DNA of 62,767 nucleotides, the filler included, from Nemertoderma westbladi (taxonomy: Eukaryota; Animalia; Xenacoelomorpha): the NCBI GenBank assembly GCA_032718475.1. It is 3 parts of 3 records of this genome, joined end to end, with 100 filler letters (N's around TTAATTAATTAA, not from the genome) between each part and the next. Parts side by side here need not be neighbours in the genome. Positions count along the whole stretch, not along the records: positions 20,204 to 41,934 come from JAUCBJ010003983.1; positions 42,035 to 62,767 come from JAUCBJ010005098.1; 1 more part is not named here. One strand, given 5' to 3'. The translations under genes were made by a program, and so were the position numbers. Shown one piece after another: positions 39,530 to 50,139 of this stretch (the stretch's first letter is position 1; each line of letters starts with the position of its first letter). The notes under the pieces were generated by a model that was not told the DNA's origin, did no database searches, and saw nothing but the letters and a program-made list of their open reading frames with translations.

Positions 39530-41934
39530 CTACTACTACTAGGATCGGCATGCTGCATTGCAGCTGCATTTTTAAGAATGCTGTGCCGGCTTGTCAACAA
39601 AATTGCACCGCCACAACTCCCTATCACCCATGACATTTGCTAGATCATCCGCATCTTTAAGGCCAGTGTCCTTTAAGATGCGTCTCAAGAAAGTCATGGG
39701 CTGTCCACCATGCTTATTCACTCCATGAGGCTGCCAAAGTACAAGATTATGCACTGGCTGGTCCTCACGGCGAAAGCAATGTCCTGCAAAGCGGAGGCGA
39801 TTTTGTTCTAGTGTCAAGCTTGGGGGAACCAATGAGACACCTCCAATGTTATATAGTGTCTGGTTGGAGATGTGTGCATTGTACTTGACACAATGTACCC
39901 GGCGTAGCATTCTTGTGAATGTGCCATCCAGAGATTTGGTGTCCTCAGCAGTTAGAGCCCAGCATGGACTCCCGTAGAGGAGTACTGGAACTACTGCTGC
40001 TCTGAATAATCGGACCTTAAGTTTTCGATTAATTCTAGGTGACTTCCAAATCCTGGAAAGCCTATTCAAGGCTGCCCATGCCTTTCCCTTACGTATTCGA
40101 AGGTCCTCACCTGACTTCCGGATCCATGATCCCAGGTAACAGAAGTCGTCCACATGCTCAAGCATACCATCCTTTGAGCTTATGCTCATCCGATCAGAGA
40201 CTTGCTGAGGACTTTCAAAGTTAACTGTCAGAATTTTGGTCTTTCTGGAGTTAATAAAAAGACCAACACTAGAAGCAGCATGTTCTAATGAGCTGAGGAG
40301 CCGCTGGGCTCCCTCTAATGATTCTGAGAGTACTCCTAAGTCATCAGCAAAGTCTAGATCAGTTAGGTACTTGGCAGGATTTCCTCGACTTCTGGAGCCA
40401 GTAGGTGGAGTTATCATCACCCCATCATCATTATGATGATCTAAGGACATGCGTAGAACATAGTCAACCACAATAATGAACAAGAATGGTGCAAGTGTGT
40501 CTCCTTGGAGGACGCCCCATAACACTTCAAATGGTTCTGTGTCACCATCAACAGTAGACACAAATGTTGTCGAACCATCGTATACTGATCTGATTGCTGC
40601 AATAATTTCATCAGGAATCCCATATAATGAAAGTATGCTGAACATACGTGAGCGAGAGACTGAATCAAAGGCCTTGAAGAAGTCAACAAAGATAACAGCC
40701 AGATGCCTGTCTTTCTTTTTTGATAACTCTTCAATTATCCTTCTAAGTGCCAAAATGGGCTCCATGGTCCCACGACCTTTACGGAACCCATTCTGATTTC
40801 CACGTAGCAGTCTCTCAATGGGATCCCTGATGCGATTTAATAGAATTCTATTGTATAGTTTTGCAGCAATCGAGATCAATGAGATTCCCCGAAAAGAACC
40901 ATAGAGTGTTAGGTTGCCCTTCTTGGGAACTGGCACCAACTTATTTGTTTTCATTTCTTGTGGGACTCTTGTTGTACGGTACATGTCTACTATGATGGGA
41001 TAGATGAGCTTTAAACACTCAGGTATTTTAAAGACCTCAGGGGGAACACCATCTACTCCACTGGCACGATTGGTCTTAATGCTCTTTGCAGCAGCCTTCA
41101 CTTCTGCAAAGGAGATATCGCCAATGGGAATATCTGGGAGTACAGACTCAGACACTTTTACTTCTATAAAGTTATCAGGCAATACCCTGTCATTATTGAG
41201 GAGCTTTTCAAAGTGGGCTTTCCAACCATTGAGGCGATCGGCTGGTGATTCAGCCTTAACCTTGGTGGTTGGTTGGCTTTTCCGCCCAGTAAGCAGATTG
41301 ATCGATTTCCATGCCTGGGATGATTGCCTGCTGTCGTCAGCATCATTGATGGCATCAACCTGTTGGTTTATTAGCTCCTGTAGATTAACAGAGTACTGCC
41401 TGTTCAGGGACCTAGATGCAGCTTTAACTGCATTCTTGGCCGCTGTAGTCTGTTTGAGTCGGGACTCTTTCTGCGCCTTATGAAGGTCATTTCGGCACTT
41501 CTGAATTTTGTTGTCAGTCCAGGGGGCCCTTTTCCTGTTTCGAGGGTATACAGGAACTGTTTCTGCAGCTGCTAACTTAACTGCTTCTGTAAAGGCAGTA
41601 TAGCCCTCACAGTGATCTGCCGCCTCAGAGGCAAGAGCCTCATACCTGTTGCTCAGCTGTAGTGTGAAGCTGGATCTCACACTTGGCTGTTGCAACAGAG
41701 AGGACCAGTCATGCCGTGGCAAGGCAGATTTCGTTGTTCTGCTAGCACGCAGACTAAGTCTTACCTTGGCCACAATAAGGCGGTGATCACTGGAGAAGGG
41801 TCGAAGTGTAAATGCATTACAGTCTTGTATAGAGCTCCTGTATTTCCTACGAAACAGAATATGGTCTATCTGGGACTTGTGACCACTGGGTCCACTATGA
41901 GTCCATAGCTTTCCAGTTCGCTTCTTGAACTGGG
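39530..41934 (-). mobile_element. Young RTE-clade LINE, 5' part lost in gap
   Basis: Uninterrupted APE-RT frame, ~30-bp 3' UTR and (TAG)4 tail joined to the 42-bp array; no C-terminal Zn-finger, consistent with RTE. Confidence 0.93.
39572..41934 (-). CDS. RTE ORF: APE endonuclease C-terminus plus reverse transcriptase (5'-partial)
   Basis: Frame stays open upstream of 41773 to the gap (KLWTHSGPSGHKSQIDHILFR...SSDHRLIVAK); RT motifs VPKKG, FRGISL, QNGFRKGR, FVDFFKAFDSV, GVLQGDTLAPFLF, FADD, YLGS. Confidence 0.95.
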
Positions 41935-42034
41935 NNNNNNNNNNNNNNNNNNNNNNNNNNNNNNNNNNNNNNNNNNNNTTAATTAATTAANNNNNNNNNN
42001 NNNNNNNNNNNNNNNNNNNNNNNNNNNNNNNNNN
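41935..42034. other. Assembly gap (N44-TTAATTAATTAA-N44 linker)
   Basis: Same structure as the gap at 20104. Confidence 0.98.
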
Positions 42035-42343
42035 TCACTATAACTCGTTCCTCGTCTCACACTCTCATCAAAAAATCATCTCTGGTTGGGTAGTTCCCCT
42101 TAGACACAAGCTAGAATTCAACCAATAAGTGAGCAGGACATTCATTCATTTCGATTAGGATTGTAAAATTAAATTCAAACATGAGATGGTCTACTGCTTG
42201 GATTAGTACACATCAATCACATTATTTGTTAAACGAACGGATGAAGTGGTAGGCATTCACCAGCGGCAGCATAGTGTAAAGATGATAGAAAAAATAAAGT
42301 ATTGAGGGTCTTCAGCTGGTTATATTATATTAGATAAAGATAT

Positions 42344-42385
42344 AATAGTAAACGTTTTCGACCTACCGGTCTGCATCTGACTATG
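42344..42385 (-). ncRNA. Degenerate hammerhead-ribozyme-like motif
   Basis: Minus strand ATAGT-CAGATGCA-GACC-GGTA-GGTC-GAAA-ACGTTT-ACTAT: stems I and II and GAAA are in type I order, but the CUGANGA core is mutated. Confidence 0.4.
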
Positions 42386-42399
42386 AACTGGCAACTAAC

Positions 42400-42933
42400 A
42401 GGTTGTCCTGTTATCAAATTTGTGCTACTTGTATTTTTCGTGCCACACATTGACACATATCCAAAAATGCCTTACTCAACTATGTAGGATATGTGCTAGT
42501 GCCATATTCGTGATCAGCATCCCAAAAAACCTCTATGGTCATTAAATTAATTTGATTTTGTCGTGATTTTTCACATCTATTTATACTACTTGTTTTTTTC
42601 ATGCCCGAAGGGGCACATTCAAAATTACCAAAAATGTTCTCGAATGTTTTATTTAAGTTATATAATCGTGATCTGCAAATAAATTTATTTTAGTGAGCCA
42701 TTTTAGCGAAAAGTTTTTGAAAATTTTAGCACGAAAAATAATGGCGATGGGTGCCAGAAAGGGACCACAGCACCAAAACTAACAAAGCCATGTAAATGGC
42801 GTTTTCGCTCTTGGATAGCCCATTAAATTTTAGGAAAAGGTTCCGGTTTTCCCAACAAACCTGACACAAAGATACAGATGATCTACAAAAACATTTCTAA
42901 AATTATCCCCCCCCCCCCCCGGGCCAAATAGAG
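42400..42933. mobile_element. piggyBac-like non-autonomous element, right-end fragment
   Basis: Ends Cn-GGGCCAAATAGAG-TTTAA, resembling the right end of the 21394-23009 element; left boundary uncertain. Confidence 0.4.
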
Positions 42934-43040
42934 TTTAAAATGTTTAGTGTATCCAATGATTGTAATGTAATGTAAGAGCGTCAATTGTGCTCTACCTATA
43001 AATTATTGATTATAAGGTGAAAAACTAATGCCATATTTAC

Positions 43041-44971
43041 CTGGATACTGCAAAACGTCGAGGCATCTTCCCTGATGACAACCTCTTCAGAATCATCATG
43101 AGCTCTCACAATATCGCGATGTCGTGTGTGATATGAAGTTGGTTCATCAAGAGTAAGATCAGTGGTTTCATCGTTAATACAGCTGACCATTGATTCCGGC
43201 AGGACTTCATTTGGCACCATCTGAATTCGTTGACTGTCAATCAACACATTTTCGTAGAGATGGTTATTACTTGCAAGAAATGATAACAGAGCATTCACTT
43301 TTTCTCTTCGAATTAAACACCTCTTTTAGCTTTGAGTGATTGTTTTAATGTCATTGGACCAGCTAATATTAAACAAAACGAAGATACTGTGTCAGCTATC
43401 AACCGTGGCAGTTTTAATACTGCAGGAGTATCAGGTTGCCCAAAAACTAGTGTATGTGATTGCATCATCTTATTTGGTCCTCTTCTCATTACTAAAGTTT
43501 TTAGTATATGTGAACAGCGTAATACGACATTCCACTCTCCATCAGTTGCATCAACTAATTCTTGAGGTAAGTCACCAAGAAGAAAACCTGCGGCAATGGA
43601 AAATTTGGGAGGGGAATCTTTGGTCGTCTTTCGTTTAAGAGAGCCTAGGCATGGTTTAGAAATAGTAAATAAAACTTGGATCAGGAAAATCGCTGCTGAT
43701 TTCAAAGCCTCTTGGTGACATTAGTAAACCTTTTAGTCGTTTGTTGTACCTTGCTGCACAATATGAATCAATTAAACTGTTACTCGAAGGAACATATAAT
43801 TTCATCTTGAACAAGGATATGTAATATTCCGACAAAATTTGTTTCTCACAGTCACTATAAAAAATCAATTCATCGCAAACAGAGCATGTTCTCTGTCCCA
43901 TACCATTATTTCCCAATTGTTTTATAGCTTTGTTCCATACACGTTGACGGTCCTCCAATGTTGGAATGTATAAGATTTCTCTATCACCATTTTCAGTCCG
44001 AATCCGTTATGCGTTATTTGCACATTTCGACGTAGCGGCACGTTTTCTAATCTGTTCTGGGTTGGCATGATTAGCAGCTGCAACACTCATTCTGTGGACT
44101 TCAGCGTTGGCAGACTGTGACGCAGCGGCACGTTTCCTAAGCTGTTCTGGGTTGGGACGATGTGCAGCTACACCACGCATTCTGTGGACTTCAGCATTGG
44201 CAGACTGTGACGCAGCAGCACGTTTTCTAAGCTGTTCTGGGTTGGCACGATGAGCAGCTGCAACACGCATTCTGTGGACTTCACCGTTGGCAGACCGCGA
44301 CGCAGTGGCACGTTTTCTAAGCTGCTCTGGGTTGGCAAGATGAGCAGCTGCAACACACATTCTGTGGACTTCAGCGTTGGCAGACCGCGACGCAGCGGCA
44401 CGTTTTCTAAGCTGCTCTGGGTTTGCAAGATGAGCAGCTGCAACACGCATTCTGTGTACTTCAGCGTTGGCAGACCGTGATGCAGCAGCACGTTTTATAA
44501 GCTGCTCTGGGTTGGCAAGCTGGGCATCTGCGACACATTTCCTATGTGCATCTTTTCTCTCATTTCCAATATTTCCGAAGTATATTCTGATGCTGCATTA
44601 ATGCATGAAATTTCCTATTGTTCCATAGTAGATATCCTGCCAACTCCGAGGCAGAAATAATTCACAAAATCTGATACCGCAGAATGAATGGTCAGGGCAG
44701 CTTTTCCTTGGGGATCAGAGTTCCCATTAATACTTCGAGCATGGGAGTCAAATAAAAATAAAGTTTTGTTGTACATGGCCACCATAACAGTAAATCCATT
44801 TAATGTAAGAAGAATCTGGTCAGTTATGCGAGAAATGCAGGTTTAATTCCGTCATCTAATACTTCAATTAGTCCAGCCAAGACATCTATAATTTCGAAAG
44901 TAAATTGAACACCATCCAATATAAAGCTGCGAGGGATCTCACTGTGAAGCAACGGTTTTCTCCTTCCAGGC
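43041..44971 (-). pseudogene. Helitron2/Helentron-type gene, exon 3: peptidase C76-like C-terminal half, 30-aa repeats, DUF6570-like domain (frameshifted)
   Basis: Acceptor TTTTATTTTAG| before 44971; PLLHSEIPRSF...ILLTLNGFTVMVAMYNKTLFLFDSHARSINGNSDPQGKA; then CSVCDE...LLMSPRG...PPKFSIAAGFLLGDLPQEL...MQSHTLVFGQ...LPR...RREKVNALLSFLASNNHLYENVLID, the pattern of the domain that precedes Rep in Helitron2 RepHel proteins. Rep and helicase are not visible. Confidence 0.78.
44030..44540 (-). repeat. 90-bp coding tandem repeat (30 aa), ~5.5 copies
   Basis: CGTTTTCTAA-like marker at 44041, 44131, 44221, 44311, 44401, 44491; unit MRVAAAHLANPEQLRKRAAASRSANAEVHR. Confidence 0.92.
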
Positions 44972-46354
44972 CTAAAATAAAAATATATTTTAAGGGAGTT
45001 TAAGGGAATATTTTAATATATTATGAGGGAGTAAGCCAAGCCTATATGTGCAAATAATTATCATAGGTAATTATTTTGTTTATTATTTATCGCCGGGTGA
45101 TAGATAATCACTATTTTGGAAATGGTTGGATAGTGTAAACGTCTGCGTGTGGTCCCTGGTTATGTGATCTATCTGGCTCAAAGTTTAAATGCATATAACT
45201 TTCTACAGTAATAGTTTTGGTTTTAATAGTTTTAATAGTAATGGTTTTTACACCAATAGTTGAAAAAAATTTTCACTTTAAATTTATTAAATTCAAGGTG
45301 TCTTACAGAAGATATCAATATCTCTCGAAATACTGGTTGCCATGAAAACATGTACCCTGCACAACTTTCACGATCGCCAACAAGGTTAATTCTGAAATTT
45401 TGTGTAATTAAATACAGTAATATTAAGCTACTCTATTCTAGCTACACCTTGTTAATGAAGATGATATTCCAGACGTTAATCAAATAATCAAACCAAAAAT
45501 TTGATTAAACTAGCTACTGGTGCAAAAGATACTAAATAATCTCGACTATTTATTAACCTCGCTTGCGCTTGCGCTCGGTAAATAAAATGTTTCGTGAATA
45601 ATGAAAATATTTTCTACTTTTTTTCCCAAGTAATAAATAATTATTTTTGTCCTCTCCTTTTAAGGGGGGGGGGGGGGGGGGGGGTAGTCGGATTTGCCAA
45701 CCTTTTGGTAATGTTTAAAACACACCATAGTATATCATGGGATACTAGGACATATATATATATTCTGAAAGGTAATTGGACGGCCTTTCCATTTCTGTGG
45801 TCACACATTGGCTAATTGGCTTATCTGATTATCTGAATTATCTGATTGGCTAATAGCCAATTAAACGAAATTTTGATTGGTCCGTTCTTAAAATGTATCT
45901 CCTCCTACAATTTTGAGTATTTTGGTCTGAGAATTGGTGAGTACGTGCACTGACTATCCCTTTACAGAATCCTTAGAGGAATTTTTGAATTTCGTTTTCA
46001 AAATGATTTTATGGCACTTTTTGTGACACGAAGTCATCAAATTTTCATTTTTATAGACTACATAAGCTTTAATCTAACTTTTCTCGAAAACTAGAGCGAA
46101 ATTCAAAAATCCATCTAAGGGTTCTGTTCAGGAGAGACAGGGCTTTCAAACAAAAAAAAAATAACCAAATCGGATAAAGATTGAAGGAGGAGATACATTT
46201 TTAGTGACTAAAAGTGTCCAAAAAATGAAATAGGAGTAAATGACAAAAACAAAATGTCCTTTTTTGAACCTTACCGCGAAAACTGTCTGTGAATATCAAA
46301 GAATGTCAGTTTAATAATGTCCGTCAGTTAGAATGATAAACTAACAAGAAATTT

Positions 46355-46850
46355 CGATATGGGATTTTCGGGGTCGGAGATTTCATTTCTGATGTTAATT
46401 TTTATGTTTGGTAGAATCTAGACTGTCTGTCTGTCGGTCTGTATGTCTGTCTGTTTGTCCATCAGTTGTCCGTCTAATTTTAATAAATCACACCAGCTAG
46501 CTAAAATTTCCATTTGGGGGTTTTCGGGGTCGGGCATTTCATTTCCAATATCAATTTTTATGTTTGATAGAGTCTAGGCTGTCTGTCTGTCGGTTTGTCT
46601 GTCTGTCTGCTAGTTGTCTGTCCAATTTGAATAAATCACACAAGATACCTAAAATTCCCATTGTGGGGGTTTTCTGAGTCGGGCATTTCATTTCCGATGT
46701 CAATTTTTATGTTTGGTAGAATCTAGGCTGTCTGTCTGTCGGTCTGTATGTCTGTCTGCTAGTTGTCCGTCCAATTATAATAAATAACACTGCCTAGCTA
46801 AAATTTCCATTATTGTGCTCTACCAGGTTGGAGATTTCATTTCGGATGTC
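46355..46850. repeat. ~150-bp degenerate tandem repeat with (CTGT)n, ~3.5 copies
   Basis: GGGGTCGG..ATTTCATTTC..ATTTTTATGTTTG..TCTAG.CTGTCTGTCTG recurs at ~46370, ~46526, ~46676, ~46826. Confidence 0.85.
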
Positions 46851-46987
46851 CCTTTTTTGTGTTTGACGAAAATTTTTAAATTCAATTTACAGAAGATGAT
46901 GGTTTATATTACCTTACCTGTTTTTTTTTTACTACATACAAGCGCACTGGTATAGCAGGCCCAGATAAAAGCCATCATCTAGATGCC

Positions 46988-47404
46988 GTGTTCCTGCCTC
47001 TGCTACTGCCCATTTATCGACGATTGTCCCACTCAATATTATTGAAGCGATGTTTGGGAGCATTTACCCAGAACCAGAATGAAGCTATCAATAGCATCCT
47101 ATGGACACGTGCTCCAAAATGTCGGTTCATTGGGGAAAGTCGTTTGTCACTAGCGCTTCATAGCACTGTGCTATATTTCAATCTTGGATGTGAAGGAAGA
47201 AGGAGAGTCATGAAGAAATTGTTACAGATTAGTGACAATGAAATTCCTTCTGCCTTTCATATTCTTGGGCACAAGCAAAACACGAAGCGAGTTTATAGAG
47301 TGTCTGAAAAGTTCCAAAAAAGGGGCCTAAAACATAAAAAGGCAATTGATGATGCCAAGGAGAGCCATGAACATTATGCTGCAGGTGCTCATGGTGGATT
47401 GTGA
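46988..47404 (+). pseudogene. Kolobok-type DDE transposase, C-terminal fragment
   Basis: PIYRRLSHSILLKRCLGAFTQNQNEAINSILWTRAPK...VLYFNLG...YAAGAH matches the TQNxNExxNxxxW..PK block around the catalytic Glu and the YxAGxH/F C-terminus of Kolobok transposases. Confidence 0.8.
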
Positions 47405-48132
47405 TGAAAATTTGTCAGAGGGAGCCAAAACTGGTTTATATGGCGTCCAACAAACATGAAAAAGCCAAAATGCATGTAACCTGGTTTATATGGCTTCCAG
47501 CAAACATGAAAAAGCCAAAATTATGTAACCTGGTTTATATGGCTTCCAGTAAACATCAAAAAAGCCAATCCCTCTGCCCTTCCTGCAACACGTTGACGTC
47601 GTGGCAGAGCTTAAAACTGAATTTGGATACTTCAGTTGAACTAAGGCTGCAGGAAATATCATTTGATGGAATCAGCTAAATCAAATATGTCATATAGAAC
47701 GAGAAGTGCAATTAGTGTAAAAAAAAACAGCCAAGACTGGGTCAGATTTTTTAATAAGTGCCACCATCGGATTCAGCGACCTGAAAAACCCCACAAGAAT
47801 TATAATTGGCGTTATAAGACAAATCTCTGAGATTTTGAAATTTTGAATGGTCCGAAAAGTGCAAGGAAAGGTAAAGCTCTCCTGTTCACTTCGAACTAAA
47901 GCTAAAATGTGCTCCTACAACAGCTTTGAGTAATTCTGCAGTCTGATGTCTGACTTTTGATAGGCCTACTGCAGCACTGCCTTGGCAGTAATGGCCTACT
48001 ACTTGCTTTGTAAATTGCTTGCTGGGCCTGGGCTATGCCCATTATAAACTATACCATTAACCTACATTCAATCTGGCGTATATGAAACAATATCCAATAA
48101 CTGATTGACAAACAAAACAGCAGAACAGCATA

Positions 48133-48870
48133 ATGCTGGCTACCGGTAATAAGCCCGATATCGGACCAGGAGGGGCAGGGACTCGGTCCGGTTCTAGAAA
48201 CCACTCTAAGGAAAACAAGAATCGAGCTGGTGGTAATGCAGATGACAATAGGCCTACATCAACCATTGAATCGGCTAACATTGTAGAAATGTTCAAACTC
48301 ATACAAAATTCATTGTCAGAGTTTAAACACGAGACAGCAGCAAAAATGAATGTAATGGCGGATAAAATCGACTCTATGATTCCATCAAATGCAACAAATG
48401 TTCTACTTTTGAAGCAGTCCCTCTCAAGCCTATTTAAATTACGACATATTAATACACGGTATTCCAGAACGTAATCATGCATACAATTCCGTGTGTAATG
48501 TTCTGGAGCACCTGGCCATTGATAAATCGACCATCGACATTGTCCATCGTCTCGGACGCCGACCCGAAAGGGATGGCCAATCTGGATCCCGCTCTGGTGG
48601 TGACCCTTCTTCTTCCACACCCCGTAGCCGACCAATCCTCAATAAAGTAAAGTTTACAAAACAACATTCCTGAATTACCGCCCTATCCAGTAAAGAGAAA
48701 TTAGATACATGAATCTATGTCTCAGCACATCTGACCCCCCAACGGGCCGATCTGCTTCGAGAGGCCCGTTCCATTAAGAAGAAAAAGAAAATACATTCGA
48801 CATACACTTTCAACGGGAACGTGATGATTAAACACACCGAAGAAGGGAACCCGATTCTAGTTCGATCATG
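48133..48870 (+). pseudogene. LINE ORF1 (coiled coil plus RRM-like/CTD), disrupted
   Basis: ATG at 48133, heptad-like segment, IDIVHRLGR...RPI..KVKF, then YVSAHLTPQRADLLREAR...YTFNGNVMIK across frameshifts and stops. Confidence 0.72.
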
Positions 48871-50139
48871 ATCTGAAACCCAATAGTCATCATACTATTT
48901 CGGAATCTGCAGATGATGACGATGAGCCCATCGAACTAAGTGAGTAAATTAAATTTAATTTAGAAAAATTGCTGTTTGATTATTTCAATTATTCAGAGTC
49001 TCTATGATAACTATCTATCCTAATTAATATTATTAAGTATATGCCAGAGGTCTATATAGGGCATAGGCATTTTTGAGAAAGTATATAGGTGATAGGTGAT
49101 GTAATGTACATTATATAAATATATTTGCTAATAAACATACCGTAAAGCGTAGCTTCAAATATTCCAGTTGCTGGGGCGATTCACCATGGCCCAGTGCATA
49201 TAATTGATTAAGCTTTTTTACAGTGAACTTCATGGTATGAAGTAGGCTAATTACTACGAAACTATTGTAAAGTAGTTACTGAACTATTGTTACGACGCTA
49301 TTGTGAATAATTGCTATTGTGAAGTAATTCCCTGACTGCGAAGTAGTTAGGGAACTATTGTGAAGCATTTGCTATGAAACTATTGTGAATAGTAATTGAT
49401 AGTAATTGATACCCATAAAATTGATAAATTGATAAATAACCAATGTTAGTAATTGATACTAAAATATTGCGAAGTAACTGTTGCGTAACTATGGTGCAGT
49501 AGTCAGGAACTATTTTGAAGATTGTAAAGTAATTATTACGAACCAATAATTCTGAATTACGAAATATTGTTAAAAGTACTATTGATGCGATACATGCATG
49601 TATTGCATTTGATATATATATATATATACCTATCTATCTATCTATACACATTGGGGTAGTCCACAAATGGAGTGTTTTTTGTACATTTGTGGACCACCCT
49701 AATTAATACACATACGTACATACATTGTATTAATTTTACCTTTCTAGCCTAGCATCAATTATAAACATATTACATAACCGTCAGACAAATTGCTGAATTG
49801 TTTATGCTTATAATGATTGCTAATCGACATTGTGCATTTTTTTTTGCTCTACTATCACTCTACCTTGTGTTACTTTTGCATCCTGCTCCTAAACTTTATT
49901 ATTGTATTACTGCTCACCACAGTAATACTCAGATACTATGTAGTTCATCTCGACATATTGGTGAGACGTTAGGGTTAATACCTTCTATTTTACCGCTGGC
50001 TTTGAGGCCAGTTGGGGCCGTGTGTGGCCGTTGCTGGGGATGCCCCTGCTCATCTACGGACCTCCCCCGCAGTGGCTGTCCTCGGCCATATAAACACAAA
50101 CATATCAGCTGTACTGAAACGTTTCATTTGAAACCAGGC

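Larger units (their letters stand above)
45664..47700 (+). mobile_element. Kolobok-like element remnant
   Basis: Starts TTAA-Gn-GTAG like the 23206 element and contains a Kolobok-type transposase fragment; right end not found, and it may be a composite of more than one element. Confidence 0.55.

Noticed and set aside
26321-39633. ORFs of up to 3969 aa on both strands
   Set aside because: Pure translations of the 42-bp unit, open on both strands, lying in a channel intron; no sign of coding constraint.
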